Shown: in pieces, positions 9,131-18,611 of the stretch | Layout: each line of letters opens with the position of its first letter | Position numbering within the stretch: position 1 is the first letter of the stretch | DNA from: Candidatus Bruticola sp. | GTDB taxonomy: Bacteria; Vulcanimicrobiota; Xenobia; Xenobiales; Xenobiaceae | Direction: 5' to 3' | Assembly: GCA_051874735.1 (NCBI GenBank) | Contig: JBJEGD010000031.1 | Coordinates: 66,681 to 130,680, forward strand | Length of the DNA: 64,000 bases | Translations under genes and position numbers: made by a program | The notes under the pieces: generated by a model | Databases searched by the model: none | Seen by the model: the letters and a program-made list of their open reading frames with translations, nothing else | What the model was told of the DNA's origin: nothing

Positions 9131-9655
9131 CTAATCTAAAGTTATTATTTCGCAGTTGCGCTTTTCCGTATCATAAAGCACCATGGTAGATTTGCCTGTA
9201 AGATAGCCGCAGCATTCTCCAGGATTGACCAAAGTACAATTTTTCCATTGTTTTATCTGCAATTTGTGAGTATGGCCGCAAATAAATAGTTCAGGATGAA
9301 GTTTGGGAGCGTTTGCAGGGGGGGAGGTAGCAGAAGGTAAATTTAGTTGCTCCTCAGTGAAGCTGAAGTGCTGCAGATGAACAAGAGTATCGCGCAGATA
9401 AAATGAAACTGGACCTTCCCAAAAATGGGCGCCCAGGAGAGCAAAACGCTTGCGCAGCCCCTCTCGTTCGCCGTCATTATTTCCCAATACTGCATGAATA
9501 GGTATTTTAGCTTCAGCTAGAGGATCTAAACTGAAAGGCGAGACAAAATCACCTGCATGTACAAGAGTGTCAGCCCCCCTGTGCAGGCTTACTTGCACCG
9601 CTTGGCGCAACTTGGTTAGGTTATCGTGACTATCGGATATTATAGCGATTTTCAT
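9131..9655 (-). CDS. metallophosphoesterase (YfcE/MJ0936 family)
   Basis: SDSHDN, HAGDF, GNND, GHTH, NPGE. Start placed at ATG 9655 (MKIAII). Confidence 0.9.
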   Translation of the reverse strand: MKIAIISDSHDNLTKLRQAVQVSLHRGADTLVHAGDFVSPFSLDPLAEAKIPIHAVLGNNDGEREGLRKRFALLGAHFWEGPVSFYLRDTLVHLQHFSFTEEQLNLPSATSPPANAPKLHPELFICGHTHKLQIKQWKNCTLVNPGECCGYLTGKSTMVLYDTEKRNCEIITLD

Positions 9656-10055
9656 GGTCTCTTTTAATTCTTCTCTGTTTTCATCGGAAAACTGCAGACA
9701 GCCATTAAGTAGAAAGTAGTCTGTCAATAAGGTAGCTAAGCCTAGTTTTCAGCTATCCGTTCGCAAGTACCGTCGTCCGTTATTCTGCAAGCTCAGTTAA
9801 ACTCCGTTTATTCTGGTAATTAGGCTGGTTGGAAATTGACAGTAAATTAGATTTATGCATTTTTTAGCAGGTGAGAAATACAATTTTGCAGTATTATCAA
9901 AAATAGCTAATTTACTGCAGCCGAACTTTAGACTTGAAACTTTTATAGCTTGATCCTAGCTTCGTTTTGGTTATCTCACATGTAGGCCTCTAAATAGGCC
10001 GCAGAGGATGGAGCTATTAGTTCCGGCGCTGCAGATCGACTGTTTTTGAGGTTTT

Positions 10056-10943
10056 ATGGCAGCTGAGCTACAGGGACGTTACAGACTTATAAGCAATTTA
10101 GGCCACGGCAATTTTGCTACGGTTTATTTAGCCAAGGATACAAAGGCTAATGGAGCATTGGTGGCGATAAAAGCCATTTGTACTGAGGGGTTCTCTCAGG
10201 TTGAATTCAAAGATTTGAATGTTCAATTCGAACTTGAGGCCAAAATTTTGATGTCCCTGTCTCATCCCGGACTTCCCAAGGTCATGGCCTATTTTAATCA
10301 AGGTGTCTATTTCTATATAGTAATGGAATGGATAGCCGGCAAGACTATGCATCAGGAAGTGCTTGAATCTGACGGTATTACGCAAGATCAAGTTTTGAAC
10401 TGGGGAATCCAGCTTTCCGACGTCTTAGGCTATCTGCACTCTCGCAAACCGTATCCCATTCTTTTGGGCGATCTTAAGCCATCTAACGTCATGCTAACTT
10501 ACAATGGCGATTTGAAGGTCATCGATTTTGGTGTAGCGCGTTATTTTGCTCCTAGTAGAAGCCCTCGTACCTTTACTATGCTAAGTCCTGGTTTTGCGCC
10601 TCCTGAAAAATATAACCGTTTTGATTGCGATTTGCGAGGCGATATTTATTCTTTGGGGGCTACGCTTTACTGGTGCTTGACTCAGGCTAATCTCGATAAG
10701 TTTAACTTTAATATCCCTCCTCTGCGCAAACTGAAGCCTGACGCCAATCACTGGTTGGAATCAGTTTTAATTAAGTGTATGGAGTATGCTCCTGAAAGAA
10801 GGTACAGTTCGGTCACTCAGGTGCGCGATGAACTGGTGTCGGTACGCAAAGAGCTACAGGGACGTGAAGAGAGAGCTACAGAAAAGAGTTCCAATATTTT
10901 AGAAAAGCTGTATAGGCAGAAATACGGTGACCATCACTCCTAA
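10056..10943 (+). CDS. stand-alone Hanks-type Ser/Thr protein kinase
   Basis: LGHGNFATVY, AIK, DLKPSN, DFG, APPE, DIYSLG. Confidence 0.92.
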   Translation: MAAELQGRYRLISNLGHGNFATVYLAKDTKANGALVAIKAICTEGFSQVEFKDLNVQFELEAKILMSLSHPGLPKVMAYFNQGVYFYIVMEWIAGKTMHQEVLESDGITQDQVLNWGIQLSDVLGYLHSRKPYPILLGDLKPSNVMLTYNGDLKVIDFGVARYFAPSRSPRTFTMLSPGFAPPEKYNRFDCDLRGDIYSLGATLYWCLTQANLDKFNFNIPPLRKLKPDANHWLESVLIKCMEYAPERRYSSVTQVRDELVSVRKELQGREERATEKSSNILEKLYRQKYGDHHS

Positions 10944-11077
10944 TGGGTACGTTCCGGCCAGATTTTCTACAGGAAAGCTTCTCACTTCGCTTAGCGTTGA
11001 GAGAAGCTCTTTTCTTGTGAAATCTGAACTATTTAGGGCTAATTGAAGAATAATAAATGTGAAGCGGGGCGTAAAGA

Positions 11078-11566
11078 ATGAACAGTAGTGAAAATAGTTT
11101 AAGGGTGATGACAAATAGCAGCACGGAAACGGAACAGTGGGGAGAGCGTTTGTCCGCTCTGTTGCGTCCAGCTGATGTTATTGCGTTTTATGGCGATTTA
11201 GGAGCGGGCAAGACTACTTTTGTGCGAGGTCTGGCCAGGGCAGCTGGAGCGACTGAGTGTGTGTCAAGTCCTACTTTTGTTTTGATGCATATTTATGAAG
11301 GTCGTTTTCCTGTTTACCATTTTGATGCCTATCGCTTGCAAAATAGTCAGGAGCTTTTAAATATTGGCGCTGAAGAGTACATAGGCACAGACGGTGTAGC
11401 CTGCATCGAATGGTCAGAACGCACCGAAGAGCTGCTTCCTGATGATTGTCTGCGTATAAAAATTTATTATCGTACCGATCTGGGGCCTGAAGGACGGGAA
11501 TTAGTCTTTGAGTCTAACAGCGGACGAGGTAAAGAAATAGTTGAGGCTTTGAAACGTGATTCCTAA
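11078..11566 (+). CDS. tsaE: t6A biosynthesis ATPase TsaE
   Basis: GDLGAGKTTF, VSSPTF, HFDAYRL, IEW. Confidence 0.96.
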   Translation: MNSSENSLRVMTNSSTETEQWGERLSALLRPADVIAFYGDLGAGKTTFVRGLARAAGATECVSSPTFVLMHIYEGRFPVYHFDAYRLQNSQELLNIGAEEYIGTDGVACIEWSERTEELLPDDCLRIKIYYRTDLGPEGRELVFESNSGRGKEIVEALKRDS

Positions 11567-12257
11567 AAAAATTGATTACAATAAATCTTTGATTATTGGC
11601 ATAGATTGCTCTGGTGAAAGTTTTAGTACGGCTGTAGTAAAAGACGGACAGTGTCTGGCGGAGCGCGGCGGTTTTAGTCCGCGTTCTCATCTGTGTCGAC
11701 TTTTTCCCTCGATTAAAGGCGCCTTAGAGGAAATTGGTGCTGGGTTTAGCGACGTCTCCGCTGTAGCTGTTACCGTAGGTCCAGGTTCTTTTACTGGTTT
11801 GCGTTTGGGAATAGTCACCGCTAGAACTATTGCTCAAACTACAGGCTGTGCATTAGTTGGCATCAACACGTTAGAAGCACTGGCTGCTGCCCATCCCGGT
11901 TGCCCTTGTCTTTTAGCCGGTTTGGATGCTCGCCGTGGAGAGGTCTTTGCGTCTTTTTTTGATACCTCCGATGGAAATATGCGTCGCCTTTGCAGCGATA
12001 AAGCTTATAGCCCCCAGGAACTGGCTGAAGAAGCCAGCCGTCTAGGATGTCGATTGGCGGTAGGCAGTGGTGCGCTGCGCTATCATGATATTTTAGTTAA
12101 AACCTCATCTTTAGTTATAACTAAGCCTCTTGATACTCAAGTGCGGGGAGCCTGGGTGGCCTCTTTAGGAGAAACTGCTTTTAAATCTGGTCATCGTCAG
12201 GGAGTGTTTGAGTTAGCTCCTGTCTATCTCAGGGCCGCTGAAGTTCAGTTAGGTTAG
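11556..12257 (+). CDS. tsaB: t6A biosynthesis protein TsaB
   Basis: GPGSFTGLRLG, DARRGEVF, PVYLR. Confidence 0.95.
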   Translation: MIPKKIDYNKSLIIGIDCSGESFSTAVVKDGQCLAERGGFSPRSHLCRLFPSIKGALEEIGAGFSDVSAVAVTVGPGSFTGLRLGIVTARTIAQTTGCALVGINTLEALAAAHPGCPCLLAGLDARRGEVFASFFDTSDGNMRRLCSDKAYSPQELAEEASRLGCRLAVGSGALRYHDILVKTSSLVITKPLDTQVRGAWVASLGETAFKSGHRQGVFELAPVYLRAAEVQLG

Positions 12258-12266
12258 TACTAGTTT

Positions 12267-12815
12267 ATGGGTAATCCTAAAATAGAGATTCGTCCGTTTA
12301 CTAAAGAGTTTCTAGATAAAGCAGCCGATTTAGAGTTGCATGTTTACGGTCCCAAAGAATCTTGGCCTAAAGATTCTTTTGCTTCCGATATAGAACGCAG
12401 TTATGCTCGCTATTTTGTGCTTTTAGCTGATGGCGATTTGGTTGGTTATGCCGGATCTTGGAACTTACTGGGGGAGTTAGAAGTAAGTACAGTAACTGTT
12501 GATCCCCATTGGCAGGGGCGGGGGCTAGGGAGATACTTGTTCGCCAATTTAATTGCGTGCGGTTTAGCTGAGGGAATAGAAGCAGCAACTTTGGAGGTTC
12601 GCTTCAACAACGAACCGGCACTTGCTATTTACCAACGTTTTGGTTTCAAAAGTGTAGGAATACGTAAAAAATACTACGAGAATCGTTACGATGCTATTAT
12701 TATGCGGGTTGACAATATGCAGGATCCTGCGTATGTCCGGCAGGTTCAGAAGCTAGCCGGCCGCTTAAATTTGAAAGGATTAGATGAAAAATATGAGCAG
12801 CCGCAGCAGAGCTAA
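12267..12815 (+). CDS. rimI: ribosomal protein S18 alanine N-acetyltransferase
   Basis: QGRGLG, LEVRFNN..A..IY..FGF, RKKYY..DAIIM; tsaB-rimI-tsaD context. Confidence 0.9.
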   Translation: MGNPKIEIRPFTKEFLDKAADLELHVYGPKESWPKDSFASDIERSYARYFVLLADGDLVGYAGSWNLLGELEVSTVTVDPHWQGRGLGRYLFANLIACGLAEGIEAATLEVRFNNEPALAIYQRFGFKSVGIRKKYYENRYDAIIMRVDNMQDPAYVRQVQKLAGRLNLKGLDEKYEQPQQS

Positions 12816-13833
12816 CTATATAAAGTGTGATCCATTTTACCCTAAATATATTTTGGGTTTAGAGTCTTCTTGTGATGAAACTTCAGCCGCTATTTTAGGC
12901 GATGGCAGGCAAATTCTAGCCAATTTAGTATCGACGCAGATCCCCTTACACGCCAAATACGGAGGCGTAGTGCCGGAAGTAGCTTGCCGAGCTCACATGG
13001 AAGTTATTAATGCCATGATTGACGAGGCCTTAGCTGCCGCCAATCTGAAGTTAGCCGATTTAGAAGCAGTAGCTGTAACTTGCGGCCCAGGTTTAGTAGG
13101 AGCAGTACTGCTGGGAGTGGCAGCAGCTAAAACTTTAGCCGGTTGTTTGGATATACCTTTGATAGGCGTCAACCATATGGAGGGACACGTTTTTTCTGCC
13201 TTATTGGAAAAATCTGATATAGAACTTCCTCTAATTTGTCTTTTGGTGTCAGGCGGACACACTATGTTGGTAAAAGTTGACGGACCAGGTTTATATGAAG
13301 TCTTGGGGTCTACGCGAGACGATGCCGCCGGGGAAGCTTTTGATAAGGTCTCTAAAGCTTTAGGGATGGGATATCCCGGCGGCCCGAAAATTCAGGAAAA
13401 AGCCCTGCAGGGTAACAAAGAGGCTATTCCGTTTGCCAGGCCTATGATCAATCAGGGGTATGAGTTTTCCTTCTCCGGTTTAAAAACAGCCGTTTTGCTC
13501 CATTTGCAATCTGATGAGCGTGGCAGTGATGCTGATATTTGCGCTTCTTTTCAGGAAGCTGTAGTCGATGTTTTAAGTACGAAGGCTTTTAGAGCTGTGC
13601 GCCGTTGTCAGGCTAAGTCTTTAGCCTTAGCTGGAGGTGTAGCTGCTAATAAGGCGCTACGTGAAAGATTAGCTGCTGGTGCTTCGCGTTTAGGAATAGA
13701 TTTTGTCTGCCCTAAACTCGATTTATGTACGGATAATGCTGTGATGATTGCCCGAGCTGGTTGGGAGTTGGCTTCTCAAGGTTGGCGTTCACCGCTGACT
13801 CTTGATGCGAAACCTAATCTCGATTTAGTTTAG
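12784..13833 (+). CDS. tsaD: tRNA threonylcarbamoyltransferase TsaD
   Basis: LGLESSCDETS, GGVVPE, HMEGH, VSGGHT, DDAAGEAFDK, TDNAVMIA. Confidence 0.97.
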   Translation: MKNMSSRSRANYIKCDPFYPKYILGLESSCDETSAAILGDGRQILANLVSTQIPLHAKYGGVVPEVACRAHMEVINAMIDEALAAANLKLADLEAVAVTCGPGLVGAVLLGVAAAKTLAGCLDIPLIGVNHMEGHVFSALLEKSDIELPLICLLVSGGHTMLVKVDGPGLYEVLGSTRDDAAGEAFDKVSKALGMGYPGGPKIQEKALQGNKEAIPFARPMINQGYEFSFSGLKTAVLLHLQSDERGSDADICASFQEAVVDVLSTKAFRAVRRCQAKSLALAGGVAANKALRERLAAGASRLGIDFVCPKLDLCTDNAVMIARAGWELASQGWRSPLTLDAKPNLDLV

Positions 13834-13944
13834 CCGTCGATTTATTATTGTTGATAGTAAAACTTAGCCTGTGTTCTTTGAACTTTGTAAAGGAACGCCT
13901 GATTATGCTGCGGCGGTTTTTAGTGGTTTAAGATAGAGAAAAAT

Positions 13945-14919
13945 ATGAAATTGGGGTATTGTTTAAGTTCGGAACAGTTCGCACCGGCGCAGCTACTGGA
14001 ACAGGGGCAGATGGCCGAAAAGGCTGGTTTCTCAGGTTTAATGATTTCCGACCATTTACAGCCTTGGGTGCCTTCTCAGGGCCATTCAGGCCACGCTTTG
14101 ACTATTTTAGGTGCTTTGAGTCAGCTGACTAAGCTGCCCCTGTCTACGGGAGTTAGCTGCGCCGGAGCACGCTGCCATCCGATAATTTTAGCGCAAATAT
14201 CAGCCACCTTAGAATGTTTGGTCCCTGGACATTTCACTTTGGGGGTAGGTACTGGAGAAGCTCTTAATGAACATGTTTTCGGTACTTACTGGCCTGAACC
14301 TAAAGAGAGAGTTCAGCAGTTGCTTGAAGGAGTTAATATCATTAGGAAGCTATGGAGCGGTCAAGAGCTGCGCTTTAAGGGTGAGCATTTTAAAGTGGAA
14401 AGTTTGCGCTTATACACTTTACCTCCGGTATCTCCAAAGTTGATGATCGCTTCTTCTGGCCCTTATTTGTGTTCTAAGGCGGCTTCCCTAGCTGATATAT
14501 GGCTAACAGTTTGGACTAATAAAGATAAATTGAGCCAGCTAATGGCTAAATTTAGGGATAACGGTGGCGCTGATAAAACGGCTCGTCTGCAGCTACACGT
14601 TAGTTGGGATACTTCCATGGATAAAGCTATTAAGGCTGCCCTGAAAGAATGGCCCAACGGAGGTTTAAACTTTCCTAAAGGCGATATACGTTTCCCAGAA
14701 GTGTTGGCAGAGATGGCCAAAATGGTGCGTCCAGAACACTTTGAGAACCGAGTTATTATAGCTGCCAGCGTTCAACCCATTTTAGAAGTTTTAAAAATTT
14801 GCGCTGAGCTTGGTTTCAATGAAGTGTATTTGCATAATTGCGGTCTCAATCAGGCCGAATTTATTGAAATGTGTCGAGTGGAATTATTGCCTGCTTGGCG
14901 TCGCCTCTCACAATCATAA
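13945..14919 (+). CDS. LLM-class putative F420-dependent oxidoreductase (TIGR03557/F420-G6PDH-like)
   Basis: SSEQFAP, ISDHLQPW..QGHS, LGVGTGEALNEH, LYTLP. Confidence 0.88.
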   Translation: MKLGYCLSSEQFAPAQLLEQGQMAEKAGFSGLMISDHLQPWVPSQGHSGHALTILGALSQLTKLPLSTGVSCAGARCHPIILAQISATLECLVPGHFTLGVGTGEALNEHVFGTYWPEPKERVQQLLEGVNIIRKLWSGQELRFKGEHFKVESLRLYTLPPVSPKLMIASSGPYLCSKAASLADIWLTVWTNKDKLSQLMAKFRDNGGADKTARLQLHVSWDTSMDKAIKAALKEWPNGGLNFPKGDIRFPEVLAEMAKMVRPEHFENRVIIAASVQPILEVLKICAELGFNEVYLHNCGLNQAEFIEMCRVELLPAWRRLSQS

Positions 14920-15054
14920 AGGAGAAGGGTTCAAAAAAATAGTATCAAGCTGCTTAGCTTCCGTTTTGACTGTCAGCCTACTTTTTGACCTGTAAAATTT
15001 AAATATCAATAGCTGCTAGTTCTTCTAATGTATTTGCAAACTAGTTAGAGATAA

Positions 15055-15147
15055 AATATAAAAGCCTACCATAATGGCAGGCTTTGTTTTTTTTGTAATA
15101 TAAGTATATGAGGTGAATGAATGACAACGAACAAGAGTACCGTTGCT
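15055..15147 (-). ncRNA. candidate ~90-nt small RNA
   Basis: Lies between a minus-strand TTGACA/TACCAT promoter and an intrinsic terminator. Has a 5' hairpin and an anti-SD segment CAUUCACCUCAU. Confidence 0.55.
15061..15094. terminator. bidirectional Rho-independent terminator
   Basis: AAAGCCTACCA-TAA-TGGCAGGCTTT with T tracts on both strands. Confidence 0.8.
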
Positions 15148-15152
15148 CAGGC

Positions 15153-15182
15153 ATGGTAACTTAAATATACGACTAATGTCAA
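15153..15182 (-). promoter_or_regulatory. sigma70 promoter driving the candidate sRNA
   Basis: Minus strand TTGACA (15182-15177), 18 nt spacer, TACCAT (15158-15153). Confidence 0.6.
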
Positions 15183-15223
15183 GATTAATAAGAGAAAAGT
15201 GGCAGTCTCTTAATAATTGTTTT

Positions 15224-16063
15224 TTAAGGGAAAAAATTTTTTTCTTCCGGTCGCAGTAAAGCTTGAGCTGTCAGGGTGCTTGGCTGCCATTTAAAGCCTC
15301 TGGCAATAACGAACGGCACCCTTTTAAGTTTGCCACAGGCTAATTCTGCTCCGGAGGCCAAAGCATCAGCGCTAGCCATGCGGGTAACTTTGAGAATTCT
15401 GCCTGAGCTGTCGGCTTGCCCACGGTAATCTGTAAACGGATCGAAAGCGCAGCTACCTATAGCGACATTGACAATACCTTCGCGCCAAGGGCGTCCAAAG
15501 GAATCGCTCACAATGGTGGGGATAGTGAAGCCTAAAACAGCGCTGAGAGCTGTGCATAGACGCTGGGCGGATAGATCGGGATCTTGAGGCAGTAAGCAGG
15601 CAACGGCGTCTTGGGAGGAGTGCGTTGTATCTCCCGTGTTAGAAAGATCAATACCTGCATTAGCACAGGTAAATCCTTGTTTAGTTTTTACTATTAGACA
15701 GCCGCGAGCCATGCGTACAACATAGGCACTTTCTCGGAGCACTAGTTCAATTAAACGGCTGTCTTTACCAAAACGTTTACCGTATTCTGAAGCTAAAGCC
15801 GATGGTGTCACCTGGCTGAGATTGACTAAACGTCCTTCTGATTTAGCTACCGCTTTATGAGTGACTATAACTATATCGCCTTGTTGCAAAGGCACAGGAG
15901 ATTCCTTTAAAATAAGCGCAGTCAGATCTTCCCCGGCAGTTATTTCTTTGTTAGTATGTATGGGTATAAAGCTAACGGTTCCTGAAGGTAAGACACTAGC
16001 TTCAAAATTTGTGAAGTTTTGAGTCAAAAAATTTAAGCCGATCCTTTCTGCTGTAATCTTCAA
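15224..16063 (-). CDS. cofE: coenzyme F420-0:L-glutamate ligase (CofE domain only)
   Basis: GDIVIVTHKAVAKSEGR, ANAGIDLSN, LLPQDPDLSA, DSFGRPWREG, ADALAS. Exact start uncertain. Confidence 0.9.
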   Translation of the reverse strand: MKITAERIGLNFLTQNFTNFEASVLPSGTVSFIPIHTNKEITAGEDLTALILKESPVPLQQGDIVIVTHKAVAKSEGRLVNLSQVTPSALASEYGKRFGKDSRLIELVLRESAYVVRMARGCLIVKTKQGFTCANAGIDLSNTGDTTHSSQDAVACLLPQDPDLSAQRLCTALSAVLGFTIPTIVSDSFGRPWREGIVNVAIGSCAFDPFTDYRGQADSSGRILKVTRMASADALASGAELACGKLKRVPFVIARGFKWQPSTLTAQALLRPEEKNFFP

Positions 16064-16251
16064 ACGTCATTCTTGTTAAAACTGCAAATTTTATTATAAC
16101 ACGTTTAAGAGGGACTTGATTATGTCCTCTTCTCAGTTAAACCTGTTGAGGTAGAGACGCTTCCTATAACTTGGGGCTTTCTAATACAATTTTGCCTCTG
16201 AAATTAAATTGTGTTGACAATTAATTGTAACGGATTGTTGAGGCATCGAAA

Positions 16252-17025
16252 ATGAAAATTAATTTGGCCGCTTATCATCGTTGGGAAATTATCGGTAGTG
16301 GTGGCAAAACAACTTTCATGATAGAAAATGCTAAGCGTTTAGCTAGGCAAAAAGAAAGACGGGCTGGAGTAATTTTTACAACTAGTACTCACTTAGCCCC
16401 GCCAGTTGCATCTGGTACAGATTTGTATCCTGGAAAGATCATAGAGTGCAGCCCTTTAAATAGTCGGCATAGTTTAATAGAAGCGGAACAGAACTGGCGT
16501 CAGGTAAAAGAAGAGGATGGGCTATGCGGATTGATGCGCTTAAATAAAGAACGCAGCCAATGGATCGGATTTTCTCCCGAAGAGTTAGATATAATTAGCT
16601 CTTGGCCCCAATTAGACTATCTATTGGTTGAAGCGGACGGATCGAAGCGTTTGCCCGTCAAAGCACATGCCTCTCACGAGCCGGTACTTTACTGTAGCGC
16701 CGATTTAGGCGTTGCTGTCATCGGCTTGCAAGGATTGGGGAGAAGGATTATTGATGGTGAAGTGCACCGCCCGGAGTTGATGTGTCGTCTGTTGCAGCAC
16801 CCATGGGGGAGTCAAATTGGCTTAACTGAATTCATACGATTAGCTTGTGCTTATTTGTCTCTTCTTTCGGGCCCTGACAGATTGTTAGTTTTTAGTCAAG
16901 CTGAGCAAGCTCCCGCTGGAATACTAACCAAGCTAGCTGCTGGTGTACGCCGATATATCGGGGCAATACCTATTTTAAGTCAGGCTGCAGGTTCGCAGGG
17001 CAAAGTAGTCTATCAAGAATTGTAA
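16252..17025 (+). CDS. yqeC: selenium-dependent molybdenum hydroxylase accessory protein YqeC
   Basis: GSGGKTT, TTSTHL, LVEADGSKRLPVKAHASHEPV. Confidence 0.85.
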   Translation: MKINLAAYHRWEIIGSGGKTTFMIENAKRLARQKERRAGVIFTTSTHLAPPVASGTDLYPGKIIECSPLNSRHSLIEAEQNWRQVKEEDGLCGLMRLNKERSQWIGFSPEELDIISSWPQLDYLLVEADGSKRLPVKAHASHEPVLYCSADLGVAVIGLQGLGRRIIDGEVHRPELMCRLLQHPWGSQIGLTEFIRLACAYLSLLSGPDRLLVFSQAEQAPAGILTKLAAGVRRYIGAIPILSQAAGSQGKVVYQEL

Positions 17026-17107
17026 GAGAAAAAATCGCTGTAGAAAAATCATCTGGCGGGACGACAGCCTTATAATCCTATGATATACGCCATTTGACAC
17101 TTTGCCT

Positions 17108-18541
17108 CTATGGAATACTGCATGTGGTTAAGCCTAAAAGGCGCTGTTGGTGAAGACAATTGTCGCATTGAGAGCACGCTCCGGAATAAGTTTCAGCAAA
17201 TCCTGCTAGTAAAGCGCGGCGTCGGCATTCCTTAGTGCGACAGTAATTTTCAATAGTTTGTAAACGCTGCTCAGCCCTTTCTTTGAGAACTTCAAAATAC
17301 CCGGATAAGTGAGTGTCACTCAGCAGCAGTTCTGGAGGTGCGGCAAGGTCGGCATTTTCTCCCAGAGCTGTGCGCAATAGCATTTGCCAGGCTTTGTAGC
17401 TCATCGCTCTAAATTGAGTGTTTCGCATCTCGGCGACCGTTTGCTTCCCCTTTAAAGCTAGCTCTGTAAATTCCTTAATTTCCTGTCTCTGTGGGTAACT
17501 GTCTTCTAGATTATGTTTAAGATGTTTAAAATTGGCTGCGTCCCAAAACAATAAACAGACAGCCGGCTGCCGATCGCGTCCGGCTCGTCCCGATTCCTGA
17601 AAGTAGTTTTCCGGTGAGGCCGGGGGAGACATATGAATTATTTGTCTTATGTCCGATTTATCTACTCCCATACCGAATGCTGTAGTGGCTGTAATAATAT
17701 TTATCTGGCCCTCGAGAAAGGCTTGGAGAATGTTGTGCCTTGTTTCTGGCGGCAGCCCGGCATGATACGGCGCTGCCGCCAGATCATGCTGTCTAAAAAA
17801 GGACGCCAAACTCTCCGTTTGGGCGCGTCTAGCAGCGTAAACAACGGAAGGATGGTCTCGGGAGGCACGTAGAAAATTTAAAGCTAACCAAGGGCGCTGC
17901 TGTGATTCAATTTTTATAACTTTATAATACAAATTCGGCCGATCTAAAGAGAGACGAGAGATAAAAGGAGAGCTTAAGCCAAGGCAGCGAGCAATTTCGT
18001 CGGCTGCTTCTTGATCTGCTGTGGCAGTAACGGCTAAAACAGAGCGGGGACGCAGAGCTCTAACTAGTTCTCCCAAGCGCAAATAACTAGAGCGGAAATC
18101 GTGTCCCCATTGGTTGATACAGTGAGCTTCATCGACCGCTAAAAGCGAAATATGGCATCGGCGCAGCCTATTAAGGAAGTTCTCTTCTAGCAGACGTTCA
18201 GGGGAAGCAAATAAAAGCTTAATATGCCCTTCCTCTATAAATTTGATAATGTGTTCCTGCTCTTCCGATGATTGAGAGCTGTTGAGGCAGACTGCAGGCA
18301 GAGAGCGCTGCTGCAGCTGTCTGACTTGATCTTCCATAAGCGCTATTAAAGGCGAAACAACCGCAGTAAGGCCGGGAAGTATTAAAGCTGGCAGCTGATA
18401 AGTTAACGATTTGCCTGCTCCAGTAGGCCAAATGGCTAAAACGTCCGATCCTGCTAATAAAGCTTCAATGACTTCTCTCTGATTGCTTCGGAACTCATCT
18501 TTGCCGAAAAATTTGCGCAGCAAGGCGGTTAAATTGCTCAT
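17108..18541 (-). CDS. recQ: RecQ family DNA helicase (short, no HRDC domain)
   Basis: PTGAGKSL.YQLP, VDEAHCINQWGHDFR, YHAG, FGMGVDK, QESGRAGRD, CRR..CSQCDNC. Confidence 0.92.
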   Translation of the reverse strand: MSNLTALLRKFFGKDEFRSNQREVIEALLAGSDVLAIWPTGAGKSLTYQLPALILPGLTAVVSPLIALMEDQVRQLQQRSLPAVCLNSSQSSEEQEHIIKFIEEGHIKLLFASPERLLEENFLNRLRRCHISLLAVDEAHCINQWGHDFRSSYLRLGELVRALRPRSVLAVTATADQEAADEIARCLGLSSPFISRLSLDRPNLYYKVIKIESQQRPWLALNFLRASRDHPSVVYAARRAQTESLASFFRQHDLAAAPYHAGLPPETRHNILQAFLEGQINIITATTAFGMGVDKSDIRQIIHMSPPASPENYFQESGRAGRDRQPAVCLLFWDAANFKHLKHNLEDSYPQRQEIKEFTELALKGKQTVAEMRNTQFRAMSYKAWQMLLRTALGENADLAAPPELLLSDTHLSGYFEVLKERAEQRLQTIENYCRTKECRRRALLAGFAETYSGACSQCDNCLHQQRLLGLTTCSIP

Positions 18542-18611
18542 GATAATCCCCCCGTTTTGAAAATATTCAGCAAGATTTTATAACTTAAAACGGAAATTTA
18601 CTTGAAATATT

